Shown: piece after piece, positions 34,801 through 46,060 of the stretch
Numbering within the stretch: position 1 is the first letter of the stretch
Layout: each line of letters starts with the position of its first letter
Origin: an uncultured Hormoscilla sp.
Lineage (GTDB): Bacteria; Cyanobacteriota; Cyanobacteriia; Cyanobacteriales; Desertifilaceae
DNA length: 64,000 nt
Direction of reading: 5' to 3'
NCBI GenBank assembly: GCA_963921275.4
Contig: OZ001293.3
Span: forward strand, 5,024,001 to 5,088,000
Made by a program: the position numbers and the translations under genes
The notes under the pieces: generated by a model
Told to the model about the DNA's origin: nothing
What the model saw: the letters and a program-made list of their open reading frames with translations, nothing else
The model's database searches: none

Positions 34801-35091
34801 AATCATTTCTATTGCTATAGCGATCGGGAACTGCAAGAACGCCTCAAGGAGTTGCCCCAGAATGCCAATTATAACATTCAGCGGTTCAAAGGTTTGGGTG
34901 AAATGATGCCCCAACAGCTGTGGGATACTACTATGAACCCGGACACGAGGACCATGAAACGGGTGGAAATTGAAGATGCTGCTGAAGCTGACCGCATCTT
35001 TACGGTGCTGATGGGCGATCGGGTGGCCCCCCGCCGCGAATTTATCGAAACCTACGGACCCAAACTTAATCTGACTGATTTGGATATCTAA
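31864..35091 (+). CDS. gyrB: DNA gyrase subunit B precursor with intein
   Basis: VRKRPGMYIG, GGLHGVG, EGDSAGG|intein|SAKQ, PLRGKILN and MTDADVDG motifs. Confidence 0.97.
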   Translation: MTTSYSAEQIQVLEGLEPVRKRPGMYIGTTGPRGLHHLVYEVVDNSIDEALAGHCSHIEVDINAEGSVTVTDDGRGIPTDIHPRTGKSALETVMTVLHAGGKFGGGGYKVSGGLHGVGVSVVNALSEWLEATVWRSGQIHTQRFERGIPIKELTSQPDTETRTGTSISFMPDIQIFTTGIEFDYDTLARRLRELAYLNAGVKITFSDRRLEEPRIESYQYNGGIQEYVAYMNREKQALHEEIIYMQGEKNDVQVEVALQWCVDAYTDNLLGFANNIRTIDGGTHLEGLKTVLTRTMNSIARKRNKLKENESNLSGENIREGLTGVISVKVPDPEFEGQTKTKLGNTEVRGIVDSLVGERLTEYLEFSPAVAHGILEKAIQAFNAAEAARRARELVRRKSVLESSTLPGKLADCSERNPAETEIFLVEGDSAGGCFFGDTLVALADGRSLSFKDIIAEQAQGKEHFCYTVRPSGKIAIERIINPRMTKANAEVVQVTLDNGETLICTPDHPFMLRDSSYKPAALLTPADSLMPLYRQLSRKHENCSGIDGYEMVWNTHQNQWIYTHLLADFYNLRNNVYLSSDGNHSHHVDFNKLNNNPTNIKRLPAEEHLALHRANLEFTLHRPDVIEKSRQVHRSEEFRAMMSERMQQPETRKILSEQAKAQWEDEAYKAYMQGKWREFYEGNETYRQDLHDRLYQAQLEYWSDEANRITQAERVRNYYANNPEARSELSSIAQQQWQDEELLEWCSQKTREQWTPEFRTKRRVALNETYYRKTIEALKKVHRQEGYMDLELYARYRRQTRDKSLLKFQTFCDRYFAGDDVLARQAIRNYNHRIVSVERVEERVDVYDIEVPHTHNFALASGVFVHNSAKQGRDRRFQAILPLRGKILNIEKTDDAKIYKNNEIQSLITALGLGIKGEEFDPNNLRYHRIVIMTDADVDGAHIRTLLLTFFYRYQRNLVDRGYVYIACPPLYKVERGRNHFYCYSDRELQERLKELPQNANYNIQRFKGLGEMMPQQLWDTTMNPDTRTMKRVEIEDAAEADRIFTVLMGDRVAPRREFIETYGPKLNLTDLDI
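33163..34467 (+). mobile_element. GyrB intein, 435 aa, with HNH-type endonuclease domain
   Basis: Starts CFFGDT, block B CTPDHPF, ends FVHN followed by Ser; internal HHVDFNKLNNNPTN. Confidence 0.93.
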
Positions 35092-35381
35092 GATCCTGTT
35101 GGGCATCGATAGCAGCCCAGAAACCCGGTTTTCGGTAAAAACCGGGTTTCTTATTCCAGCAGAGTAGTCCTGAAGACATCCGCAAAAAAAATCTTGCCTA
35201 GTTACGGAAGTATGATATATTATAATCCGAAAGGAATCGACTTGCGCACGAGTGGGAATTTGTTGTCATATTGGCTGCATGAAAAAGCTCAGTTTCCGAC
35301 CGTTCGCAGTATAGATATCGTAGTCTCGAAACAGCTACACCATTACCAATAAACTAGTACATCGTCCAATTTCCGAGTATT

Positions 35382-35669
35382 ATGGTCTGGAAACCGGGTT
35401 ACCAATTGCAAGGGGGGAAGTACATCATCGCCAAAAAGCTAGGCCGAGGCGGTTTTGGCATTACCTATCTAGCGTCAGAACCCACGGGAAAGCTGGTGGT
35501 GATTAAAACCCTCAATGCAAAAGTACAGCAGCGACCGGACCTCTTCCATAAATGTCAGCAAGACTTCCTGAATGAGGCCCTGCGTCTGGCAAAATGCTGT
35601 CATCGGCATATCGTGGGCGTGGATGAGTTAATCCAAGAGTCGGACCGCTGGTGTATGGTGATGGAATAA
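35382..35669 (+). pseudogene. Ser/Thr kinase N-lobe fragment
   Basis: LGRGGFGITY and VVIKTL motifs; stops after VME. Confidence 0.8.
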
Positions 35670-35842
35670 GTAGTTGGACAAAATTAATTGCACAAAGTCT
35701 GCAAAACTTGTTATACTAGATATAGCTACTCGTACATGTAGCAGATTTTCGTGGCTACTAACAGGGAGTCTGTTTTCACGCTCATCTCTTGCACGATGTC
35801 TTTGTGATATATGACATTAAATGACTAAATTAATCGAAGGAG

Positions 35843-37031
35843 GGGTCTCCTGGACTTATGGTGATAAGTTTTTCTTATCATAGAAGCAAGCTAATAAACG
35901 TAAACGGAAGTTCTCAAAGTTTGTAAATCCGTATCCTTGACGCTTAATCAGCTTAAGAATATTGTTAATTCCTTCCATTACTCCACTTGTTGTATGACTA
36001 ATAAAATAATTACAAATTCCCGCAAGATGATTGTCAATCATCTGAGCTGATTTTTGATAAAAAAACTTAGCATACCATTTTTTTAATTGACCTTTAGCTG
36101 ATTTCAATGTTTTACTGGTTTCATAGATAGGACGAGGTTCTTCTTTTAGCTGATAAGCAATAGCGCTCCCGCTTGTGCTAAAATTACTTCTAGTTTTTCT
36201 TGGGCTTCAACATCAAGATTTGCACCGTTGCTTAACAATAAATATTTACTGCCTCTTTCTGTCACCCCGAGCTTGATGCGCAATTTGTTTAATTCACGAT
36301 TGACATGTTACATAACATGAAATCGAACTATTTGTGCATTTGGGAATATTTTTTCGACAACTAAGAGATAACCTTCCCACATATCTATGCTGACCTCTAC
36401 AACTCCTTCGCGGACCTCTAAGTCAAGCAAGGGTTTCAATTATTTGCCATAAGTTTATGAGAATTGATTACTTCTAATAAATCTCCTGTATCTAGATCGC
36501 TAATGACTGTTACAAAATCGCGTCGCGTAAACTAATCTCATCAAGACTCAAAGGTTTTGGCTGATCCCATTTTTTTTTACTGCTTGGCGCGCTCAATAAA
36601 TCAAATATACTTTGAACCTGAGTTTCAGTTAATTTTTCTTCCCGAGTAACTTGAAGAACTGTAGTTACTTTAACAGGTTCATATATATACTCCACTGGTT
36701 TGACGGCCAATCAATAAAGTCTAATTGCTCGTCAACATAATGTTGACAAGAAGAACAATCTCATTGTCGATGAGGGATTTTTAACTATACGGCTCGCCCC
36801 TGACAAATTATCAATTAAACTTTGACGTTCTTGATGCAGTTTTGTTGTAGTTTCTCCACATTGTATTTTTTTATTAAGCCAGGGAATTTGAAAATAGCTG
36901 ATATCATCAATGATAGAGCAACTTTCAACAGTTGCATGATCGTAAATTCAATAATTTATCGAGATTAAAATCCATTTCACTACTCAAAATGTAACACAGT
37001 ATACATTTTACACCAAAAACCCAGGAGAGCC
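35843..37031 (-). mobile_element. ISL3-family IS, degenerate
   Basis: Ends GGGTCTCCTGG / CCAGGAGAGCC, TSD CGAAGGAG/CGAAGGAA; EGINNILKLIKRQGYGFTNF. Confidence 0.85.
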
Positions 37032-37047
37032 CGAAGGAAGAATTGAG

Positions 37048-37610
37048 AATGATTTTAATGCGCGAAATCAATGAGCTTTCTGCAAAATTACTCTTATCAA
37101 TTTATCGTCTTAGTCGCCATCATCAAGTTCGTCAAAGAGCGTTTACTTTTGATCGAGCAAGGACAGAAAAAAGTTAAAGAACTTATGGAGATTTTTGATG
37201 TTAGTCGTAGAACTATATACAATTGGATTGGGGATTGGGATTCATCGGGGATGGTAGGACTATATAATAAGTCACCGAAGAGGTCGCAAGCAAAGCTTTA
37301 GTCTCGAACAAAAAGAACAAATTAAATTCTGGACTGAAGAAGAACCGAGACAAAAAAGTGGTGGCTAAAATTAAAGAATAATGGGTAATTTAAACAAGTT
37401 TTAAAACTGTTCAGATAATTTTGAAAACGATGGATATGAGTTGGAATCGGATGCGTAAAGGGGTAGCTGTCAGCCCGCCAAGAGTATGAGGAAAAAAAGC
37501 ACAACTTGAAGAACTGAAACGGTTAGACGATTTGGGGGAAATCAACTTGTATTATTTAGATGAAAGTGGATTTTATTTAATTCCTTGTGTGCCTTATGGA
37601 TGGCAAAACA
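37048..37610 (+). mobile_element. IS630-family transposase remnant
   Basis: VSRRTIYNW HTH and LDESGFYLIPCVPYGWQ in broken frames. Confidence 0.7.
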
Positions 37611-37949
37611 GATGGGGATGACTATCTGGTAGGAGGTTCCGGAGATGACTCTCTGGTAGGCGGCGATGGGGATGACACCTTGATCGGTGGCATTGTCTGC
37701 GATGGCGGTGACGGCAATGATATGCTCGTGGGTGGCTCTTTCAATGCTACCCTGATTGGTGGTGCTGGCATTGACGTTGTCTCCTTTGCAGAGTTCTCGG
37801 TCGGCATAGACATTGATCTTTCTCTGGGTATAGCTGTAGATATAGATGTCAACTTCACCAATAGCATCTCGGGATTTGAAGTAGTCATCGGTTCGGACTT
37901 TGACGATACCATAACTGTTGGTGCTTCTTCAGCCATCATAGCCAGTTAA
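37611..37949 (+). pseudogene. RTX/hemolysin-type Ca-binding repeat fragment
   Basis: GGSGDDSLV, GGDGDDTLI and GGDGNDMLV nonapeptides. Confidence 0.7.
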
Positions 37950-37959
37950 AAAAAGTGCG

Positions 37960-39230
37960 GTTTCCGGGGTCGAGAGCTATTACCATATCGGAACCTGTCG
38001 TTAACTCCGGAACGTATTGTGGAAAGCAAGCGAACCACTTTCCCCGTTGATAGATTAACTCAGTCCCGTATACACAGTTAGCTGGTAGCTCGTAGCCTTT
38101 AGCTATTGTAAACTGTAGGTCGCCAATCTTAGAGCGGAACCACGTTCCGTTTCGATAAGCCGCATTCTTAAACTGAATAGCTTGGGACTTCTTTTTGCAA
38201 GAGCGAAATCTTAGGTAACACTTGCCATTATTAGTTTTGCGGGATTGACGACTAGCATTTTGAGCTTCACAACATTTTGAGCTTCACAAACAGCTTCTTG
38301 TCTGCTGTTACCTAGGCACTTTGTCCACTCATTAGCTGGTAAATTTTGCAACGGCTGTATGTACTGGTCTAAAGATTGCCCGAGTGAAAGCGAACGACTG
38401 TTATTGTAAAACTCTACGCATTGATTGTAAACCCAGCGACTGCTAGCCATTTTTTCCAAATAGCATGTAATTCCGGCTCTGGAAATAACGGTATTTTAAG
38501 GACGCTGTTCGGTCTGATGTTTTGGCTTATCTTGAATGGGTTATTCCCGTACTTTTTCGCTGATTTATTTTCTGTACTTTCGCAAACCGTAGAGCCAAGA
38601 ACTGAAACAGTGGACGGACGATCGACAAAATATCCAGAACAAGCTCTTGTTCTGGACTGAGTTGTTGCTCGTTGAGAACCACGAGTTGGACCGCATTGTA
38701 TTTGCATAACCACTCAACCAGTTCCCATCCAAATCGGCAGAGTCTATCGCGGTGGGCAACGACAAGCCGCTGGATATCCTGCTTGACAATTCGTTCCAGA
38801 ATGGCTTTAATTTTTCGCCGTCTAAAATTAAGCCCTCCTCCAATTTCAGAAATGAATTCCGCCTCTGGATAGTGGAGGCGCAGGTACTCAAGTTGTCGGC
38901 TCTTGCATCGTCACGTTGGGAATAACTTGATACCCTTGCATAGCAAACAGTTGTAGTTGGCAACTCGATGCCTGTAAATCTTTCAATTTCCCTTTTGAGG
39001 AAACGGCGCTGCTCACCTGGTGTCCTGTAAGATTGGATTTTTCCTTCTCGCTCCCATCTTCTGAGGGACTCTGGATGTACTCCCAGAAGGTTAGCTGCCT
39101 GGGCTGAAGTATAATACTCATGTTTCATTTATAATCGAGCAGCAAATGCTCGTTTCTTGTTGGATTACATTAGTTTCATTAGCTTTATATTTATAACTAT
39201 AGCCACAACCAAACTCCGCTGTGTTGAGCA
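37960..39230 (-). mobile_element. IS607-family remnant: frameshifted serine-recombinase TnpA (start 39128) and broken TnpB
   Basis: MerR-like HTH (SLRRWEREGKI), CYARVSS, HCFSSWLYGLRKY; downstream IPLFPEPEL...SRWVYNQ. Ends are approximate. Confidence 0.8.
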
Positions 39231-39462
39231 AAAACACGTAAGTTAGAGAATATTTTTATTACCGCTCACGACCCTATCTTACTGATTTTTCGCCCAAATA
39301 TGAGAGATGTGTAGGTTTTTGGGTACTTAGTCGCAATTTCAAGGACTTGCTACCAGAGCCCATGTACTGTCCGAAGCGATCGGATCCACTGTAGCAGAGT
39401 CCAAGAGTCAGCCCCAGCAAGAGTCGGGAGATGCTGCTAAACAGCAGCATCGCGATCGGCTA

Positions 39463-39867
39463 ATGTTGTTGCTGTTTGCTGGACCAGACAATCGACGCAT
39501 GGCAATTAGCCTGTCCCGGGTGGCCCGCTTAGAGGAGTTTCTCGGTCACGCCATCGAACGCACCGGTCACCAGGATGTCATCCAATATCGTAACCAAATT
39601 CTGCCCCTGATTTATCTGTCCGCCTGCTTTTTCACTGGCAGTTACAAGCCGATCCCGGCTACCGCAGATGATAAAATCCAGGTGGTCGTGGTGCATATGA
39701 ATGAAGAGAATATGGTAGGATTGGTGGTCGATCGCATCCTCGACATTGTCGAGCAAGAATATCCGTCAAAGGCGCCGCCACCCAAGAAGAAGTGCTTTAT
39801 TCGGCAGTCATTCAGGGTCGGGTCACTGAACTTATAGATGTCGAAGCTGTAATCCGAAATAATTTAG
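39463..39867 (+). pseudogene. CheW-like domain fragment
   Basis: IQYRNQILPL and VGLVVDRILDIVE, then a frameshift. Confidence 0.65.
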
Positions 39868-39894
39868 TCGGTGTATACCATAAGTGCTAACAAA

Positions 39895-40326
39895 ATGGGT
39901 AAAGCAATAGAAATTATCTTAGTTGAAGACAACCCCGGGGATGTTTTTTTGACCCAAGCTGCCCTGGAAGATGCTAAGATTAATAATAATCTGCACGTAG
40001 CTGTAGATGGAAAAGAGGCTATCGCCTTTCTGTACCAACAGGGAGAGTATGGTGATGCGCCTCGTCCCGACGTTATCCTCCTGGACTTAAACTTGCCGAA
40101 AAAATCTGGTCGGGAAGTATTGGCGGAAATTAAGAATGACGATAATCTCAGGCGGATCCCAGTAGTTATTCTCACTAGCTCAAGTTCTGACCAAGACATC
40201 CTCAGAAGCTACAACCTCCACGCTAACTGCTACATCACTAAACCCATTGACCTAGAACAATTTGCTCATGTGGTTAAGTCGATTGAAAATTTTTGGTTCA
40301 AGATCGTCACCCTACCACGGCCATGA
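39895..40326 (+). CDS. Single-domain response regulator (Rcp1-like)
   Basis: [21 protein letters not shown] and YITKP motifs. Confidence 0.9.
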   Translation: MGKAIEIILVEDNPGDVFLTQAALEDAKINNNLHVAVDGKEAIAFLYQQGEYGDAPRPDVILLDLNLPKKSGREVLAEIKNDDNLRRIPVVILTSSSSDQDILRSYNLHANCYITKPIDLEQFAHVVKSIENFWFKIVTLPRP

Positions 40327-40333
40327 TAATATT

Positions 40334-41157
40334 GTGCGATTCGTTCCGGTGTAAACCAGTATGGTGAAAATCGGGTCTGGTTCCATTAGCCAGATAACTC
40401 TGGTAATCATGGGGGTTAAATTCCCCTCCCCCAGGTGCGGGGGTGACACCGGTCCTCGGTGCTGCGTGGCGACATCGACGTGGTGCTAAGCGAGGACTTA
40501 AATGTAGGATCGCTGGCAGCCTAAGCCGGTGACGCCGCTAGGAAAGATGCTAATGGTTAGAAGAAGCGAACCTATATAAGCCTCATCACATGGAAGCAGC
40601 GGAATAAGGCTAAAGCGCTGGCCCAAAAGGGAAATGGTAGTTGGTATTAGTGGTAGTATTTCACTAATAACTTACTCGAAGAACTCCCGGGGTAAAGTAG
40701 GGACCTAAAAGCATCGTGAAATGATATCAGGGAACGAAGTAACCCCTCGTTAGCTGTCCTCATTTGGACAAGTTAGATGTTAAGCGAAAGCAACGAGGGT
40801 AGGGATGTCCTAAGAAGCTAATGCTCGGAGTAATATTCGTAGATATGCTGACGTCGGACGGTGATCGTAGGAAATTTCAGGCTAAAGTACCTCTAATAAG
40901 CCTCGATACCAAGTTTAAGCTATGGTTGGATAACTGGTAAAACGGACCTAGAAAACGGTGAAACTAAAGGTTATCTGGCAGCGCCACTCACCGACCAGGA
41001 AAGGGGAGAAATTACATGAGATGAGGGAGAACGGGAGTAATCCCGAGTAATCCTATCAATGACAAGGCCTACTGCCCAGTAGCCGGGTGCGGTGAAAGTC
41101 GCAAGCCCGGTTCCGCTCTTGGAGGGTTGGGGAGTGATTCCCAGCTCGACCCCGACC
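40334..41157 (+). mobile_element. ORF-less group II intron, diverged sister variant (824 nt)
   Basis: GTGCGATTCGTT start; D5 TAGCCGGGTGCGGTGAAAGTCGCAAGCCCGGTT. EBS1 AGTATT pairs fully with 5' exon AATATT (one G-T). The 3' end is placed by homology. Confidence 0.88.
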
Positions 41158-41176
41158 GACAATGGTTAGTTGTTGG

Positions 41177-43555
41177 GGTTCTTCTCAATCTAGTATGCTA
41201 AAATAGGTCTTGAAGTTGATGCGCCCGCTCAACGGGAGATCCTGAAAGCCGGAAAACCTTTCCCACCTTGACATTCAGCAACTATTTGTGGTATAATCTA
41301 GCTCTCTAGAAAAAACAGGAGAATTTATAAGATGCCACGCTCGAAAAAATACTAACAACATTGTTAAACATTCCAGAGGTGAAAGTTGTCGGGTATACCA
41401 AGACTCATTTAACAGAAGTGATGATGACAATTGAGGCAGAAAAAAAAGAAGCAATTTGCCCTAGATGTCATCAGAAAAGTCAGCGATTGCATCAGAACCA
41501 TCATTATTTAATTAAGGATTTACCCTGGGGAGAAAAAAAGTTTTTCATCAATCGCCGACAAGTGCGCTCGCTGTTTGAAACCGTGAGAAATTGTCATATG
41601 TAGAAGGTCGGCGTAAATATACGAAGAGACTGGGAGAACAAGTGGTTCGAGAAGTATTAAATGGGGATATTATTAATATAGCGCTTCGGTATGACTTAAA
41701 AGAATCTGAGGTTCAACAAATGCTATCGGGACAGGTGAAAATTGAACCGAACTAAAAAAGTTAGGGATCGATGAAATTGCGTTGGTAAAAGGGCAACGTA
41801 ATTATTTAGCTGTTTTAGCCGTGTCTCCTGGGAGCGCTATTCGCACTACCCAGGAGACACGGCGTGGACATTGAGAATAGCAAACTTCTGGAAATAGTTA
41901 ACTCAAGTTGCGACCTATAAAAATTGGATACAAAAAGCTATGATAAAGAGAATTATTTTCAACTCTAATCCCTTAGATGTAACAGCATGAATTGACTTGG
42001 GAAACAAATTGGTGATTCGACTAAAACAGGTTTCAACTTGTTTTCTTGTTACTTTTTGTATATATTCAAAACAAGAATATTCTTTTCTTTTTGAGTTCTT
42101 TTTTCGCAAAGGTTTTAACATTATACTTGACGACTCTTTTAGTAAATCCTCTAATTGATAATCATTATAAGCTTTATCTCCATAAACTATTGAATTTGAT
42201 GGTAAGTCAAAGCCAAAAGATTGCAAAACTTTAACATCATTATAACTACCAGGATCTAGATAAAATTCTATTGGCTTTCCATTTTTGTTTACCAACATAT
42301 GAACTCTTAATCCATAAAAATAACGTTTTTTACTGGCAATATACCCTCGATATTCTTCCTTGTTATAAATTTGGCATCTATCAATCCTAATATTATCACA
42401 TACTGGCACCGGAAAACTATCAAGAATATATTCTTGACCCGGATTGAGCTCTTTAAATGTTTGAGCTATAACTTGGAAGAAAAACATCCAAATTGGTTCG
42501 TCAATATTGTGTAATCGACGATTGAACCTACTTTTACTTAACAGATTTTTTATATACTTGTGTTGGACCATAAATTGACAAGAGCGATCGTGGTGTCCTC
42601 CGAAAAAATATGCAGCAACTAATCCGACTGTCATCACTTCGGCATTGTTCATTTTTACTTGTGGATCTTCTTTTATATTTAACGCTTTTAGTAGCTCGTC
42701 ACAAAGAACAAAAATTGTTGTAATCATATCTTCCATCATCTACATCCCCCAGCAATTAACTATTATTTTAGTACATTATAACCTATAAACAGCCAACCCG
42801 CCGTCTAGCACAAAAAAAATATAATTTTGTATCAAAAGCTACGAAATATCCTAAATATCTGTAAAGTCTAAGTGGGTAATTCATATTTTTTTTAATAGGT
42901 CGCAACTTAGGTTAGTTAAGTCTCGGCGACGATCTGCGAGAAGTCTTGCTATCATGGGATGTTGAATGCTATTGAAGAAGTGAGTATAGATATGTGGAAA
43001 CCGTATCAAAGTTTAGTGGAAGAATTGATGCCTAATGCTGAAGTTATAGCTGACCGTGTGACTAAGCAAGTAAATGAGGAATTAGATAATTGTCGAAAAC
43101 AAAAATGAAGCCCCAAAAATCAAGAAAGAGTCAGAAAAAAAATAATTATTATCGGGATTAAATAAAAATAAAAAATGAAGAAAATTTTAAAAAAACAATA
43201 AATTAAGCTGAAATAAATTCAAAAATAAATTACAAAATTGGGAAAAATGCACCGAGGATCAGCTACATATATGAGAGGTCCGAAAAGTCGAAAAATCCCA
43301 CCTTACAAATGAGCGATTGGCTTCTAGATGCAAAAGAATATTTTTCCGTGTGAGGACAATTATTAGATGGTTCGGAGAAATTGTCGGTTATTTTGAATCA
43401 GGGAAAACTCAAGGAACTGTGTCAGGAATAAATAACCGTCTCAAGTTAATTAAGCGTAGGGGATATGGGTTCAGAAATCTGGAAAATTTTTGCTTGCGTA
43501 GTCTACTTTCCTGGTGCTTTTAGCATCAATCTAGCATACTAGATTGAGAAGAGCC
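41177..43555 (+). mobile_element. ISL3-family IS, degenerate, with a nested hairpin repeat (41819-41864) and a nested IS982
   Basis: TIRs GGTTCTTCTCAATCTAGTATGCTA / TAGCATACTAGATTGAGAAGAGCC; LGIDEIA and GINNRLKLIKRRGYGFRN. Confidence 0.85.
41901..42912 (-). mobile_element. IS982-family IS with an open transposase ORF (41915-42739)
   Basis: TIRs ACTCAAGTTGCGACCTA / TAGGTCGCAACTTAGGT, 6-bp TSD TAGTTA; ILDSFP, YGDKAY and RKQVET. Confidence 0.9.
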
Positions 43556-43556
43556 G

Positions 43557-44208
43557 TAAATTCTAGAGTTGAAAAACACCCTCAACACAATGGTCGATCG
43601 CCTGAATACCTTTTCTAACGAAGTCACCCGCATGGCGCGGGAGGTAGGCACAGAAGGAAAACTGGCTCTTCGGTACTTAGTATGGTATTTTAGCAATAGA
43701 TTTAGGCTGAAAGCTTTGCTGCGCAAGGCTTTGAGACGATAGACTGTCTTTTTTAGGCAACTATTGGGTCTAGCAAGTCGCCAAAGCTTTACAGAGCAAG
43801 GCTTTCGGATATTTTTGAACCCCTAATTTGCAAACCAAGTACCGAAGAGCCGGAAAACTGGGCGGTCAAGCCCAAGTAGAGGGCGTTGCAGGCACTTGGA
43901 AGGAATTGACGGATAATGTAAATTTCATGGCGGCTAACCTGACTGACCAAGTACGGAATATCGCCGAAGTATCCACAGCAGTGGCACAAGGTGATTTATC
44001 CAATAAAATCACGGTGGAGGCCGAAGGAGAAATTTTGGAGTTGAAGAATACCCTCAACACGATGGTAGATCAACTCAATGCCTTTGCTAGTGAAGTAACG
44101 CGGGTGGCGAGTGAAGTCGGAATAGAAGGAAAACTGGGCGGTCAAGCTAAGGTGGAAGGTGTATCGGAAACCTGGCTGGGGAGAATTGAAAATAGAGAAA
44201 TATTGTAG
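43557..44208 (+). pseudogene. Poly-HAMP sensor kinase fragment
   Basis: Repeated [11 protein letters not shown]...[17 protein letters not shown] units. Confidence 0.8.
43664..43851. mobile_element. ISL3-type MITE, 188 bp
   Basis: TIR GGCTCTTCGGTACTT / AAGTACCGAAGAGCC; 8-bp TSD GGAAAACT. Confidence 0.9.
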
Positions 44209-44560
44209 GTTGGGTTTCGTGCCTCAACCCAACCAATATCTGAACAATTTGTTCGCAACTCATGCCCAGTAATGGTGAATTTATAGTGACCCGGTTGAGG
44301 CTCTGCCTCCAGACCTTCCGAAGAGGAGCAACAAACTATTCCTTAACAGAGAAGTATTGAGGTATAACAAGGGTAACGAGAGGGTAACGAGAGAGGAAGA
44401 GATAAAATGGAAAGATTGCAGAATATCCAGATATAGAAGCTACCAGAAAGAGTTTATCTGGCAAAATATGATGATTTGCTAGGGTTAGCAAAGGATTTAA
44501 TTTGCATGAAATCACCAATTTTATTGACGGTAGAAACTTGGCAACATATTAACCTATTCT

Positions 44561-45080
44561 TTATGCAGCAAGGCAACATATATGAAACCTTGAGGAATAT
44601 TCACCAACAACTCACTAAGCTGGTATTGCTTACGTTGTAATTGGTGGGATGGCTTTAGCATTACATGGCTGTTTGACTGAAGATATCAACTTATTAATGT
44701 CATCAGAAGGCTTAAACTAATTTCGTCAAACTTTTGTCGGTCGAGGATATGTTTTGGCTTTTACAGGCGCACGGAAAACTTTCACAAACACGGCAACGGG
44801 AGTTAGAATAGAGGTAATTACAACAGGGGAGTTTCCCGGCGATGGTGCGCCCAAAGCAGTTTGTTTCCCAGATCGGCAAGAAGTCGCTGTTGAGTTAGAT
44901 GGATTAATGGCGATCAGGCTTTCTAGCCTGATCGAATTAAAATTAGCATCGGGTTTAAGCGCACCCGATCGCCTGAAAGATTTAGCCGACGTTCAGGAGT
45001 TGATTCTGGTTCTGGAACTGACTGAGGATGTAGGCGATCGCCTACATGTTTCAGTCCGACCAGAATATCTGCGTCTTTGA
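44561..45080 (+). pseudogene. Nucleotidyltransferase-like gene remnant
   Basis: YVVIGGMALALHG...TEDI and LIELKLASG...DLADVQELI in broken frames. Confidence 0.55.
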
Positions 45081-45484
45081 TCAGCATTGAACCAGCGATC
45101 GTAGTCAGTAAGTAGGGTGGGCACCGCCCACCAACCTTAAGTTAGTGCCATTCGATGGATTGCTATATTCTCCCTGGAAATGATATCCTATGGTAGAGTA
45201 AGAACCGGAGGTGGCAATTGTATATACTTAGCAAAAATATCTGGATTACCAAACTAGAGGTCTACGAAGAAGGGATCGCAGATTTTTGCGGCAAGTGGAA
45301 AATTACTGAATTTGCCCTATTTGCATCTATCCTCCGGGTTGATTCAACAATTAGAACCGCCGCTTCCACCTATGCCACCGGAGATAGAATAATCTGGATG
45401 GCGATCGCCTCTTCGGACAGAGCATTTCCAGGGTAAAACAATTAGCAAAACAAAAATGGTTAGATCGGAGCACAGTATAAATAT

Positions 45485-45868
45485 ATGGTGATAGCAGGTT
45501 ATTGTCTAGCAGTAGCAGCCACGGCGATCTGGGCAGGAAGTTTCATCGTCGCCAGAGCATTTAATCAGGATATACCGCCAATAAGTCTAGCATTTTGGCG
45601 ATGGACAATTGCCGCCATCACCTTAGCACCATTCGCACTGCCCGGGACAATCAAAGACTGGAAACTGGTGAAAAAGCATCTGCCATACTTAGCTGGAACT
45701 GCCCTGTTAGGGGTGACAGCTTTTAACACCTTGATCTACATAGCGAGTCACACAACCCAGGCAATAAATATGGCCTTAATAGCCACGGCTTCTCCCATTT
45801 TTATGGTAATCATGTCTCGGATATTTTATGGCGAACGGATTACCTGTAAAAAAGCGGCAGTAATGTAG
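45485..45868 (+). pseudogene. EamA/DMT transporter, N-terminal half only
   Basis: IWAGSFIVAR and PISLAFWRW motifs; 127 aa. Confidence 0.7.
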
Positions 45869-46060
45869 TCGCAGTCAGGGTTTGACCCCCCCTATATCTA
45901 GTAGCTGGAGTGGGCTTACTGCTGAGTTTTCTTCAGCCTTAACATATTTTTCTCTGATTAGGCGAATGATAACCATAAGAAATTGTGAAGAAAATTGAGG
46001 GCATTAATGTTTCTAAACAAAACTTAACAAGACTATCATGGAAACATCGTACCCCAGAGG

